Below, piece after piece: positions 27,352 through 41,348 of a DNA stretch of 64,000 nucleotides. The stretch comes from Eledone cirrhosa. Its lineage: Eukaryota. Within the stretch, counting starts at the first letter, position 1; each line of letters opens with the position of its first letter. The stretch is from positions 73,904,001-73,968,000 of the forward strand of contig OZ024746.1 in assembly GCA_964016885.1 (NCBI GenBank), read 5' to 3'. A program made the position numbers and the translations under genes. The notes under the pieces are model-generated. The model saw only the letters and a program-made list of their open reading frames with translations. It was not told the DNA's origin and made no database searches.

Positions 27352-30300
27352 CTACAGGTTGATATAGAGAGAAGGCCCATTCACTCGGGCCATTCTCGCT
27401 ACTTTCACCCATCTTTCATAAAACTTGCTGGGGTAGAGCACCTCTCTCTCCATTCTGATCCTTCTTCTAAAGTGGTACTTGAAAAAAAAGACCAGTTGTT
27501 GGCCGGAGAGATAGGTGTCTGACCTCAGCCCTTTCAACCTTGTCCACCATACAACTTCTTTCGCCATGGCTATCACACAGAGGAAAACCGCCTCTCCTTC
27601 GTTTTTGAAAGGGGAGGCGGTTTGATTGTGACAATGTTCTCGGTGGTCAACCGGATTGGTGCCACCCGCGACAGTAGTCGTTCTACATAGCTCCACAGGT
27701 CAGCAACGCCCGGGCAGTGTACGAATGCGTGTGCGACGATTTCCTCGTCATGCACGCATCTTGGACAGATCTTCTTCGAGGGGTCCCTACCCGGGCGCCC
27801 GTGTCTGTAGAGCTTGTCCCGAATGGGTAGATCTCCTCGGTAACATTGCCAAGCCAGGGACATTTGGAAGTTGTCCATCGGTCCCGGGCCAAACGTCCTA
27901 CCGAACAGACTGGCCAGCTCGTCTTCCTCCATGCCCAGAGCCTCTCCGAGAGCGTCGTCGCACTTACTGCGCACCAACCCTCTATAGAATGTTGAGGTTG
28001 AGTCTCCACTGATTGCTGGATCCGCTTGCCAGAGGGCCGTGAGCGCTTGGGTACATTCAATGTGCCAGTCGCCCACTTTTCTCGGTCTTTGCTTGACCCA
28101 GGATTGCAGCTCGGTGAGTGATACGAGTCTCGGAAAGGCTCGCCTCACAAACAGGGCCCACACCGGCTGACCGGTGAGGAATACCTGGAGGTGCCGTAGC
28201 CTTAATGCGTGTCTACGCATCGTCAGCCACGGCAGCCCCACCCTCCGTTCGAAGGGTGTTGGCAGCAGATGGATCTTCTCATCAAAGGAGCCCGCTTCTT
28301 CCAAAGAAATCAGAAGAGCGCGCGCTCCATTTTGGCGAGTGTTTTCTCTGGGCAAGGCACGACGGTCAATCGGTAGTAGATGACGGACGCTATATAAGCG
28401 TTCGCCACCTCCGCTCGACCTTTCAGGGATAGTTTGCACTCGGCCCACTTCTGGGCGAGTGCAAACCCCTTGCCCGTTACCTCGTCCCAGTTTTTCTCCA
28501 CCTGGAGGTCCGGTCCGAACCAGACCCCGAGCAGCTTCACCGGTCCCTCCGTCCAGCGTCCGACGATGCCGTTGGAGGGCATCGTTTTGCCCCTCCACGT
28601 CCCGAGTTGCAAACCGACGGACTTGTCCCGGTTCAGCTTGGCTCCTGTGAACCTTTCATATTCCTCCAGTAAGGTGCCGATCTGCCCGATTTCCGAGGCG
28701 CACGACACCATTACTGTCACGTCATCGGCGTAGACCGACACCGCTTTCCGGAATCCCGGTTCCAAGGGGATTCCCTGCAACAGCTCCAGCTTCCGCAGTA
28801 GTGGCTCGAAAGCCAGCACATACAGGAGGGAGGAGAGAGGGCATCCCTGTCGAATGGATCGCGTGATTTGGAACGGCTCCGAGAGGTAGTCGTTCACCTT
28901 GACCCTCGAGCAGGTGTTGCTGCTGTGCATTGCAGCAATCCAGCCCCTGAAAACGGGTCCGAAGCCTGCCGCCGCGAGCACCGCATCCAGGTACCGATGG
29001 TCAACCCTATCGAACGCCTTAGATTGATCCAAGTTGATCAAGGCCCCACCAAAGCCGGGTTCGTTCCCTACCCTCTCTACGATGTATCGCATGAGGTGGA
29101 GGTTGTCGTGTATGGACCTGGACGGGATTGCGCATGTCTGCGCTTCTCCCACCAGGTTCCCGACGACAAGCGCCAACCTCTTTGCTAACATCTTGGACAA
29201 AATCTGTAACTCTGTGTTTAATAGAGTTATGGGCCTGAAGTTATCTATGTCATCCCCCTTGTTCTCGTCCTTCCTCACCAGCGTGACTACGCCCTTGGTC
29301 ACAGAACTGGGAATTCTCCCGTTCTGTTGCCAGTTGCAGTAGACCGCCTCGAGGAGACCGGAGAACAATCCGGGCATCGCTACATAAGTTCGTATGGCAG
29401 ACCATCGAGACCCGGAGATTTGCGTTTGCCGCATTGGCTCAGCGCTTCCCTATTTCAGCGGCTGAAATCGGCCTCTCGCAGGACTTCGCCTCCCCGTCCG
29501 AGAGCCGCGCCAGACCGTCGAGGTATGGACCGAAATCCATGGCTCCACCCGGCCCGCCGCCCCTCCCGAACAGTCGTGCAAAGCGCCGTTGAAAGGCCGC
29601 GCTCATCCGCTCAGGTTCAAGGATCACGCGTCCATCCTGGTCCTTCAAAGACCGAATCGTCGACTTGTTTCCACTTTTTGCCTCTGTCACTCGGGACCAG
29701 CTAACAGCTTTGGCTCCCTCGTTACCCAGAGCACGTATATTACTCCTGACAACGCAGCCCTCGTGCTTCGCATCAAAGAACTGGTCTAGGACCGTTCTTG
29801 ACGCCAGCACGCCGGCCACGTTGCCACTCCTAATCGCCTCTTCTACTCTATTTGTTAATTCCCTTTCAGTTCTATTCCCATCTGATGCTAATTCCCGACT
29901 AAAACCTATCGATTCTATTCTAATTTCTCTCTTTAGAGAGCCCCACCACCTGTTGTTGACAATTTCCCCCGTCAAACTCTGCTTAACTAGTGTGCTAATC
30001 CGCTTACTGTAAGCTTTGTTTGTCGGTAAAGACAAGTTTAGCTTCCAGTAACCGGGTCCCTGTCTATGAGTTCTATCAAGGTTGACCACTCAGGTCACCA
30101 ACTTGTGATCCGAATAGTCAACCATGAACATTCGTGGACAGCTTAATATGTCCCTATCCTTATTTCTAACTAGGAACCTATCTAGGTACGACCTAGATGT
30201 TCCGCTGAGATTACTCCACGTCCACCGTGGCACAGTCGGAAAATCTAGTCGATATCTATCGGCCAGATCAAATCGGCCGATTAATCGTTTGAGGCTGTTA

Positions 30301-30793
30301 ACCCCCCCCCCCCCCCACTATCGGGACATGCCCCTACATAGTCCCAACGTGCATCCAGGATACCATTCCAGTCCCCCACTAAAAGCAAGGAGCGAGACGT
30401 TCCCAGGAAATTCTCCAGGCGTCGGAAGATATCCGGTCGCGGTGTGCCAGATGGGGCATACGCTGCCACCAGCCTGAAAGCTCCACTTTCACCACTGCCG
30501 ACGTCTAAAACCACCAGTCGACCCTTCAGGTCCAGGTGTACCTTCTGTGTGGCAAGACCCAGGTATTTTCGCAGCAGAGCGACAACCCCACCCCCACCCC
30601 TCGGCTGATAGAGAGATGCGTAGATCTCAAAGTCGTCGAAGATGGGGGCCAGTTGGCGCTCGCTGCTGATCCTGGGCTCGCAAATAACCATTACATCCAC
30701 TCTGTGCGACCTGAGGTCATTTAAGAGTTTGCCCTGTTTCCAGGACATCCCCAAGCCGCGTGCATTCACACATCCAACTCTTATATTGGCCAT
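27352..30793 (-). pseudogene. LINE ORF2 (APE endonuclease + reverse transcriptase), broken by frameshifts and stops
   Basis: MANIRVGCVNARGL, LLLVGDWN, PGYWKLN, NFRPITLLN, LDQSKAFDRVDH, IRQGCPLS, YADDVT, KLLGVWF, CPRC...HAFVHC. Pieces: 30793-30281, 30089-29439, 29434-28310, to 27573 and 27352. Confidence 0.93.
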
Positions 30794-30970
30794 GTTGGTG
30801 CTGAAGAGTTAAAAAGGAAGAGGAAAGGAAATTACTTACCTCTTCGTCTCCTGGGGACCAGGCTGCACAATTTCCATGGGGGTGTTGGAAGGGTTGTTCG
30901 GTGGGGTGGTGGTTTGTGGTGGGATTAGGCTGTTTGGTGGGGTGTGGGTTTCTGGTGTGGGGGTGGGGAA

Positions 30971-32053
30971 TCATCTCAATAGGACGTGGTTAAGTGGTTT
31001 GGTGCAGTTGGTCCCCACATGCATTGGATGGTTCTTTTTCGGGGTTGGCAAAAGAGCTTTTTTTTTTTTACTCGTTAATTGAGGACAGGCAGCCCTCAGG
31101 TGACCCCTGCTTAAGCAGTGGTAACATGACGGCCGCGTTCTCTCCACTGAAATGTTTATATAAGTTAGCCCGTCCAGAGGCACGCGTTGTGGGATATTCG
31201 CTATTCGTTCTGGGCTCATTTGCACCAGAACTTCTATGGTGGTCCCACCAAATACACCTCCGGAGGACTTTCCTATTGAAATTATCTTGTCTTCGTCAAA
31301 GTTAATGATTCCACATCGTATCCACCAAATGTTTATATTTGGTGTGATACTCATTATTTTTATTCTTTGTGTCCTTTTTCCCCTGTATGTGGGGAAAAAG
31401 GTGAAGCAGGGGCACACAATGGGTGGTACCGAGTATTTTTGTGCTGTTGACTGGTTATTCATTAGCACCGAAATGCTACCAAACACTTTTTCTTTTTGTA
31501 TGAATATTATGTCCTTCATTACATCTTTTAGAACCAGGTCAATTTCATTTTGTGATAATTGAGCTGGTTTTCTTGTTTCGTTCGATATTGTCCCGAAAAC
31601 CACAGTTTTCAGGACAGCCTCTCTACGTAATTCCTGTGGAGAATTGATGCTAAAAGCACCGTTTTCGCCAAAAGTCACGAATTGTTTTGCGTCTTGTAGT
31701 AGTTGTTTAGCATTTGTTATGTCAATCGGCGTGTATAGTTCGTTTTTTTTTACAGTCTGTGCGAACGTTGTTTTGGTGTTGTTGCTGTTGTTGTTGTCAC
31801 TGTTGGTAATATTGTTCATGTTTTCCTTGGTGTTGCTATTGTTGCAGTTGTTGGTTGTGGTGTTATTGTCATTGTTCTTGTTGTTGGTGCTGGTATTATT
31901 TACTGGGTTTGGTTTCGTGGTTTCAATATTTTCAACGTTTTTCGATAATGCGAGGGGGGAAGGCTGCAAGCTTTGTACTCCTACCTTCCCTCCACCACTT
32001 TTCTTAGTGAACGTGGCACTCACGACAGTGTGCGAGGTGGAAATGGCATCCAT
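30971..32053 (-). CDS. LINE ORF1 (gag-like nucleic-acid-binding protein with zinc knuckle), probably frameshifted near its 3' end
   Basis: 360-aa ORF with an Asn-rich N-terminal tract and CYHCLSRGHLRAAC (CX2CX4HX4C), directly upstream of ORF2. Confidence 0.8.
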   Translation of the reverse strand: MDAISTSHTVVSATFTKKSGGGKVGVQSLQPSPLALSKNVENIETTKPNPVNNTSTNNKNNDNNTTTNNCNNSNTKENMNNITNSDNNNSNNTKTTFAQTVKKNELYTPIDITNAKQLLQDAKQFVTFGENGAFSINSPQELRREAVLKTVVFGTISNETRKPAQLSQNEIDLVLKDVMKDIIFIQKEKVFGSISVLMNNQSTAQKYSVPPIVCPCFTFFPTYRGKRTQRIKIMSITPNINIWWIRCGIINFDEDKIISIGKSSGGVFGGTTIEVLVQMSPERIANIPQRVPLDGLTYINISVERTRPSCYHCLSRGHLRAACPQLTSKKKKALLPTPKKNHPMHVGTNCTKPLNHVLLR

Positions 32054-32578
32054 TGCTGACTACCAAGTCTACACAGTTTTGAGATGAAAATGAAAATTTC
32101 GCCCCAGAAAGGGGCGAAAATTAGTTGACTCAACGTCTAAAGGCCCAGGCAAGGGGTTAAACTAAACAATGCTATTAAATTGAGCAATGAACTCACAGTT
32201 TTTTTGACAATAATCCGTAAATGTCAGGAGCGAAGTAATTCACGTCTATAACATGTGGTAATTCATATAAAATGGGGGATTGGAAAAGAGTTCCGTATAG
32301 TAGATATAGGGAAGGAAAGAGATTGGTGTTGATTCATATAGAGGGGGAGAATGGAAGAAAGTTCCATATAGTAGTTATAGAGAGAGGGGAGAGTTTGGGG
32401 TTAATTGATATAGAGAGAGGTATTGGAAGTTCAAACAATGAACTGAAAACGTCGCTCTATAAAAGACTTCATTCGTCTTTATTGTATTCCAACTTATATA
32501 TTAATCCCAACGGTAAGTATTTTTTTCTGGATTTCTTGGCTTCAAAATCTGTACTAGCAAATTAAACAGTACACTATA

Positions 32579-32769
32579 ATTGTTTCTACTTTTGGCACAA
32601 GGCCAGCAATTATCCCAGTGCATTACTGGTACTTTATTTTATCGACCCCGTAAGAATGAAAGGCAAAGCTAAACACGGTGGGATTTGAACTCAGACCGTA
32701 AAGGGACGTAACTCTATGCTGGAAAGTTTGGTATCCCACCCTCTACCGCTACTGCTAATCCACCGCCCT
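32579..32769 (-). mobile_element. SINE-A, full length, 11-bp TSD
   Basis: agtacactata at 32568-32578 and 32770-32780. Confidence 0.92.
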
Positions 32770-33054
32770 AGTACACTATAGTGTTGTCATTTCAGATTTC
32801 TATCCATTCATACATTATAACAATTTATTTGAGCTATAATGTATTATTTGTGTTTTCCTTCTCGTAAATTATATTCACCTTTCGCCATTTTCTATTCAAA
32901 CTTCACAAAATTTTTTCTATATGTTCTCTGTCATTTATTGAGACCTTCTGGTCTTTCTTTCTGACTTCAGTCTTTTCTTTGTTTTTCTCTAAATCATTAC
33001 ATTTCTTGTCTCAGAAGTCACGCGTTTTTGAGACGCGTATATGTCAACAATTAT

Positions 33055-33445
33055 TAATGATTTCTAATTAGGCACAAGGCCATCAATTCGGGTGAGGGAG
33101 AAAGTCGATCATATCGACCCCAGTACTTAACTGGTACTTTGTTTTATCGACCCTAGAAGGATGAAAGCAAAATGGACCTCGGCGGGATTTGAATTCAGTG
33201 TGTGGAAAGTCATAACTAACTACCGCAAACCATTTTGTCAAATGTGCTACTGATACTGCTAATCCATTGCCATAACAATGCATGGACGCCATGCTTTCTA
33301 GCATAGTTACGTCCCTATACGGTTTGAGTTCAAATCCCGTCGAGGTTAACTTTTCCTTTCATACTTACGGGGTCGATAAAATAAAGTACCAGTAATGTAT
33401 TGGGTAATTTGCTGGCCTTGTGCCAAAAGTAGAAACAATTATTAA
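33055..33445. mobile_element. Diverged SINE-A relative (~33055-33270, -) abutting SINE-A (~33283-33445, +)
   Basis: Consensus matches in opposite orientation. Confidence 0.85.
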
Positions 33446-33589
33446 TAATATTACTACATTGTCTGTCAATATTTTTGTTGCACACCCAATTGGTGGCATT
33501 TGCAAGAATTCGAAATATTCCTGGCTAGCCATTATTAGAGCAACAGAGTGAAAATCGTACGGCTTTTGGAAAACATCATTAACAATAAC

Positions 33590-33776
33590 TGTTTCTACTT
33601 TTAGGCACAAGGCCAGCAATTACCCAGTGTATTACTGGTACTTTATTTTATCGACCCTGTACGGATGAAAGGCAAAGTCAACCTCGGCGGGATTTGAACT
33701 CAGATCGTAAAGGGACGTAACTATGCTGGAAAGCATGGCGTCCGACTCTCTACCGATACTGCCAATCCACCGCCCT
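33590..33776 (-). mobile_element. SINE-A, full length, 17-bp TSD
   Basis: acatcattaacaataac at 33573-33589 and 33777-33793. Confidence 0.93.
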
Positions 33777-34187
33777 ACATCATTAACAATAACAACTTTT
33801 AATATGTTAAATACATATCTACAGAAATTCACATTTCTATATATGTATGTACATACACATATACATACACAAATTAAATCTTGCATATTATTTGTATGGT
33901 ACACATATATAAACACACACATATATATGCGTGTGTGTGAGTGATTATCTATAATGTATGTATACAAAAACATGTGTTTGTATATGCAAAGAACGGAATG
34001 TGATTATTATTATATAAAACAAGAATATATACACGTGTGTCAACATTTATAGTAATATATGTACACACGTAGAAAATCAGATGCATATCTATGTATTCGC
34101 CTTCACATACAGGCCCGTGCGTGCACAAACACACACATATACGTTTTATATAAATCTACACCAATGTGTTTATATAATATATATACA

Positions 34188-34294
<107 letters not shown>

Positions 34295-34399
34295 TGTGTG
34301 TGTCTGTGTGTGTATGTATACATATATATATATATATATATATATATGTATACATACACACACATACACAGACGCACACATACATATATATATATATAC

Positions 34400-34436
<37 letters not shown>

Positions 34437-35254
34437 CACACATGCATTCATACAGATGTATATGCATGCATACATGCGTACATACATACATTTATTTGTA
34501 AATAGTTACACACACACACAGTCACACGCATCTGAAAAAAGAAAACAACCAAAACACGGACACTAGAATATTTATCAGCAAATATATGTTTTAAATATTC
34601 AAATTTATATACAAAGCAAAGATTTGCCAAAGAAAATATGAAATATCTTATTTTAATCCAAAGACTGAGAATGTAGAGAAGCAGTCGAAATTCTGATTTC
34701 AAACGCGGCAAAAGCGACAGATGGCGCTTCTTCTTTGATTGCAAAGGGAGATAAGCTATAGCTTCTGTTTTCACCACTCGATCACAAAGGGAGATAAACG
34801 GGAGTCAGCGTTAAAAACAAGACTTTCTCAATCTCCCGTAGGAAGTACAAATATTTGTCATTATAATTACCAAATGGAATTTTTAATTTCTATTGAAAGT
34901 TGAGGAAGAAAGAAAAGGAACGATGGAAGGAAGAAATAAAAGAAGGAGGGAAAGTAAAGTAAGGTAAATATGTGGAAAGATTGGAAGCCAGGAAAATAGG
35001 AAGGATGATAAATGAAAGGGAATAGATTGAAAGCAAAATCATACAAATAAAAATGTGAATAAAGACTCTATCAAATACAGATGGAAATTAAAAACAAAAA
35101 CAAAATACAAACGAAGCCAAACAAAATAAAAAAAGAAGTCTCAGATGGCAAATCATGATAGAAGCCAAGTATTCTATTAAGTAAATAAGAAATTATAATA
35201 ATATTAATAACGGTGCTGATGATGCTGAGGTGGATGATGGTGAGGGTATTCTTG

Positions 35255-35273
35255 ATGATGATGATGATGCTTA

Positions 35274-35331
<58 letters not shown>

Positions 35332-35750
35332 GGTGATGATACTGATAATATTAAAAATAAATAAATTAATATTATTAATGTTGCGCTTGATGATATAATA
35401 ATGATAATAACAACAACAACAACAACGGTGATAATAATAATAACATCAACAACGATGATAATAATAATAACATCAACAACAACAATAATATAACAACAAC
35501 AACAACAATAATAAGATCAACAACAACAATAACAACAACAAAAACAAAGATAATAATTACAACAACAACAACAACGATAATAATAAGATCAACGACAGCA
35601 ATAATAACAACAACAATAATAACATCAACAACAACAACAACAACAACGATAATAATAATTTTAATATTTCTTCTTCTTCTTCTTCTTCTTCTTCTTCTTC
35701 ATCATCGTCATCGTCATTATTATTAGTATTATTATTATTGATGTTGTTGA
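35255..35750. repeat. Compound trinucleotide repeats (ATT, AAC/AAT, TTC)
   Basis: Direct inspection. Confidence 0.93.
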
Positions 35751-35864
35751 TAAGAAATCTGTGAAGGTGAAAAATAAAAATTGAATAAATAAGTAAATAA
35801 AAAAATAAATAAAACAATTTGATAAATTTATTTAAATTTAAGAAATTCTTAAAATGCATACACA

Positions 35865-35941
<77 letters not shown>

Positions 35942-36031
35942 TCTTTGACGCTTTTAGAGTCTTCTTATACATACACCCACACATACGTATATATAAATAC
36001 ACATGCAAACATACATATATATAAATATATG

Positions 36032-36065
<34 letters not shown>

Positions 36066-36119
36066 TATATATATAAATATACACATATATGTATACATAT
36101 ATATACGTATATATGTATG

Positions 36120-36181
<62 letters not shown>

Positions 36182-36269
36182 CATATATACGTATATATAT
36201 ATACATACATATACATACATATATACATATATACATACATATATATAGGTATACATATACATATATATG

Positions 36270-36337
<68 letters not shown>

Positions 36338-36351
36338 TAAATGTATATATG

Positions 36352-36384
<33 letters not shown>

Positions 36385-36388
36385 ACGT

Positions 36389-36433
<45 letters not shown>

Positions 36434-36529
36434 CTTATATATACACACATATATATGCATGATTATAAATATATACATACATACACACATACATGTACAC
36501 ATACATAAATATATATATATTCATGAACA

Positions 36530-36582
<53 letters not shown>

Positions 36583-36975
36583 GTGCGTGTGTGTTTTTGT
36601 GTGTGTGTGTGAGTGTTTGTGTGTCTTTGAGTGTGCTCGTGTGTGTATGTGTATATGTGTGCAATTTTCTTCAGAGTAAATTTTGCTAATAAATATTTAT
36701 ATGTTTACTCACGTAAGTTTGTAAAGAATAAAGCTATTACTTGTGCTAGACGCTAAGGATGAAATATGGCGCGTGGCTTTCGATGTTTTGTGAATTAATA
36801 TATGAATATTTAATGTCAAGGTGTCTGCTCATATAGAACCATATCTATCATCTAACGGCTATGTATTCTATATATATATATCCCTTTCTTTTTACCCACT
36901 TTCAATCCCTTCACCGCTCTTTATCAGACACTGTCTTTGTAGGTATTTGTATAGCTTCATTCGTTGCAGTAAGGC

Positions 36976-37080
<105 letters not shown>

Positions 37081-37704
37081 CGTGTGTGTGTATATATGTA
37101 TATATATGTATATATCTATATATGTATATATATATATCTAAATTTATATATATATATATAACACACACGCATATATATATATATACATATACATATATAT
37201 ATACACATATATACTTATATATATATATATATGCATGTGTATATATATATATAAATATATATATATGTGTGCGTGTGTGTGTGTGTGTATGTGCGTGTGT
37301 GTGTGTGTGTGTGTGTGTGCGTGTGTGTGGACTTACGCGTTTATATCCAAATACAAACAAACATATATATATATATATAAAAATTAAGTGTAGTTAAGAC
37401 GAGATTACTTCACCATAATTGCTTTATTGCAAGATATATCTTTTTGTTACATGGTTATGCACGTTACCTCATCAGATGATCATACAATCATAGGTGTATT
37501 TATGCAATCATGAGGATATATCGCTGGTTTTGTATTATCATCCGGTTGTGATGCTGACAGACACAAACTCCTGAATCTCTTTTCTTAGTAAGTTCTAGTA
37601 GTAGATTTATCCGCCTTCAGATTGATTTTGTAGGCTCCGAGTAAAGTTCCTATAATTAATTGTTAACATATTTATTGTTAGATCTCAGCTTGTGGTCTAT
37701 TGTG

Positions 37705-37889
37705 AATTGGCAGTATCGGTAGAGGGTCGGACGCCATGCTTTGACGTATAGAGTTATGGCCGTTGCCATTCTGAGTTCAAATCCCGTCGAGGTTAACTTT
37801 GCCTTTCATCCTTACGGGGTCGATAAAATAAAGTACCAGTAATGCACTGGGTAATTGCTGGCCTTGTGCCAAAAGTAGAAACAATTATT
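37705..37889 (+). mobile_element. SINE-A, near full length
   Basis: Consensus match. Confidence 0.92.
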
Positions 37890-39023
37890 TCGTCTGTAGT
37901 CCATATTCCTCGCTTCGCTATCATCCCATCAACGACGACTCAGCCGTAAACAATTTTTGATATTTTTAAACCTGGTGTTTCAAGAATGATTTAATATATA
38001 TTGTCTATTTTGAAAGGTTTGATTTGATTGTTTTTTTCCCCCAGCTGGTTTAGTGGCTAAGTTCAGCATCATTTAAAGGAGGCTCATCTGTTGTATGGGG
38101 GGAATGAATATGTTTCAAATAATGTCTATTCGCTTGAATTTCGTAACAGATTTTGAAAATACACTTGGTATAACTCAAACCGTTTCGTGTCCTAATTATC
38201 TGCTATCAATCAAAGATAGTAGCGATAACAAAATACTAGCAGTTGGAAACTGTGAGGCTAAATGGAAACCTAGGGACAGTTTCGAGGTCCCCATTATCTA
38301 GATCGAATCCAAGCCTCATATGAGAACAGTTTGAGATAAAAAGATAATTTATGTGTTCGCATCAAACTTCTATTTCATCGCGATTGTTGTAGCTGGAGAA
38401 TGCTTATTAATTCCACGTGGAATTGCCGAAACTTAACACTAGATTTGTAATTCTAATCTTCTTTGAAACACATAAAGAAATTTAAATGCATATCAGTTCT
38501 AACGTCTGGATTAAACCATATACACCCGTATCACACAATAATCAGTGGAATGCAATTTCATCTATCAACAGCTACTGAATCACACAGATGTGGACACATC
38601 GTCTTTACTACCAGCAGCCGGCATATTTTCCAGCCAGTTGAAATGAGTAAATGAAGTCTCCTGAGATGAAACAAGAAACGCTATGGAATAAAAACGACCC
38701 ACCAATCCCCACTCTCCACAAAAAGGAACAAACTTAGAAAACAAAGCAAAAACAAAACAAAAAACAATAATCAAAGAAAATACACAAATATACCCTGCGG
38801 TATATTATATTTTTCAGTGACAATATAGTCCTCCTTCTCTGTAATTAACAATGTCTTCACTAAGTTAAAGTTAGAGTAAGGTAAAATTGATCAAGCTGTA
38901 TGAATGTATTCTTTAATTTAATACAATTCTATCCTTTAATATTTAAAAATCTTTTTAACAATTTTATTTAATTTTATTCTAACTATAACGTATACACAAC
39001 CCAGCATGTATACTTACACACAT

Positions 39024-39071
<48 letters not shown>

Positions 39072-40033
39072 GCATGTATTTATGTATAAATCATATGAAA
39101 ACTTTGCATCTGCATGTTTATCCAGTTTGCATCTTATCACAAATGCTGCTCCTCTTCCGTATGATAATTATAAGTATGACCGATTACATCACCATCGTCA
39201 TCATCATTAACGTCATCACCATCAACAGCTGCAGCATATGTATCATTGACATTTTTGTTAGTTGTAGGAATCGTTTTAACAATAAGATTGTTAGAATCAT
39301 CAGTAGCAGCCCCGATCACTCTACTACTTTTGTAATTTTTGAAGTTTAAACAAACTTGGCCATCAAAGTAAGAGTCTACTTCATCCTATTACTTTTTGTT
39401 TAAATTTACATTTGTTGTTATTGTTGTCCTTCTAAATATGATTATAGAAGATGACAACAAGAACATAAAAATCAAAGATGCAAAGACAAATTTAGTGTTA
39501 CAAGATCAGTAAATATTCTTCTACGAGCATATTGCAACGATAATTAATATTTAATCTTCAAACACTAATCAACATTGATGTCATTACATACGATTTTTCT
39601 CTAGAGTGACGTCATTCGTTAATGACACAAAATATACAGACAAAAATATTTTAGATATTATGAAATGAATAAATATATCTTGGACCCGTACATTGCACAC
39701 TCATAAACTCACAAGCACATATGTTCCTACATGCCCACAGACACAGATGTACACAGACACATACTACAAACTCATGTCTACGCAGAAAATCAACGCAGTT
39801 TTTGATTATTTAATTAATTAATTCGTCATTGAGCCACACCGTGAATGGTTGCCAAACACACACACACATATATATATATATATAATATAAAGGATACTAT
39901 TTATGGTTATGTATATACTAAAACTTTTTATAGTTATATATATATTTTAAACCCTAAACAGTGAAGGTCAGTAATTTATTACTACTTTATTACCAGTAAG
40001 ATAAATAGCTCAATGTAATAACATCAGTTGTTC

Positions 40034-41268
40034 TACAGAGCAGTTATATAGAATTCACAAGAATCAAAGCTATGTTCAAAGCATTTATTCACTTACAATT
40101 GTTTCATCCAAACCTAGGCTTGGAGTCTTCGGAGCATTTTTCAATGTTTGTACACACAGGGGTTCTGTAGACATAATTCTAATAGGTCCCCTGACATGTT
40201 CTGTGAGTAGACTACATTTGCAAAGAACTTTGATATAAAGATATGGCTCATTGTATGGAATATTCAGTTGTAGCACTGTATGATAGGGAGTAATCATCCT
40301 AATATAAATACCTTTAGTACATCATGATAGAGTAGACTGTATTTAAAATTGGAAACTGGATATAAATATATAACCGTCTATATAAGGGACTCAATTGAGA
40401 CACCTTATAATGTATGTTAGAACAATGAATTTAGTTATGGAAATCAGCTAGTTACCTCCCCTTACGCATTAACTCCCCTTAATTACACACATACTTCCAG
40501 ATAATAAACCGATGTAAATTCTCGCAGCAGAATCAATCTATTCTATAAAATTGGATTAAATAACACTGAGCCGTAATAAGCTAAAATAATTTAATTAATG
40601 CATCAAACATCCAATACGGAATCATCGTTACCTATGTGATGGATGTATAGACATTATATTACTTTTCCTGAATGTGAAAATGGTGGTGGATACGAAAACC
40701 ATAACTTTCTTTTGCTTCTCCTTTTTATTTTTATTTTTCTGCACACATACTTTTTATTATATACAAAAAATACATTACCACTACAACCTCCATAATACTC
40801 TTACTTACCCGCTTAAAGTGCTTGTATTGCATGTAAAACCCTGCCACACAATAATCATATATAAATGAGACACACGTGCATGCCCCACGTCTAACTAACG
40901 CATACACCAACTACTACATCTGACTAACAAACTATCCTCTTGCATTATCTATGTTAACAGCCGAATGTATTTTAATTTTGTTTTAATTTTGTTTTAATTT
41001 TGTTTTAATTTTAATTTTGATTTTGATTTTGAATTTGAATTGCTATACAGAAATAATATAGTATAATATATGTCACTCCACTGTACATCAATATATACAT
41101 ATGTATCTATATGTCTCTTGCGTTGGAAAGGAGGTCAATTATGTGTACAAACATTGAAAAATGCTCCGAAGACTCCAAGCCTAGGTTTGGATGAAACAAT
41201 TGTAAGTGAATAAATGCTTTGAACATAGCTTTGATTCTTGTGAATTCTATATATATATGGCTCTGTCT
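40034..41268 (+). mobile_element. PLE-like unit with ~120-bp inverted termini (40034-40156 / 41142-41268), each holding a hammerhead variant (40091-40135 -, 41163-41207 +)
   Basis: gct-CCGAAGA-c tccaagcc ta ggtttgga t-GAAA-CAATTG-TA-agt, with U4 replaced by C, followed by AATAAA. Confidence 0.75.
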
Positions 41269-41294
41269 AGTTTATGTATATAAACTTCTAAATT

Positions 41295-41342
<48 letters not shown>

Positions 41343-41348
<6 letters not shown>

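Larger units (their letters stand above)
27111..32258 (-). mobile_element. Near full-length L1/Tx1-type non-LTR retrotransposon (~5.15 kb), disrupted
   Basis: ORF1 with a CCHC knuckle, ORF2 with APE + RT + C-terminal Cys/His motif, AATAAA at 27119-27124 (minus). Candidate TSD taattgatata / taattcatata. Confidence 0.92.
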
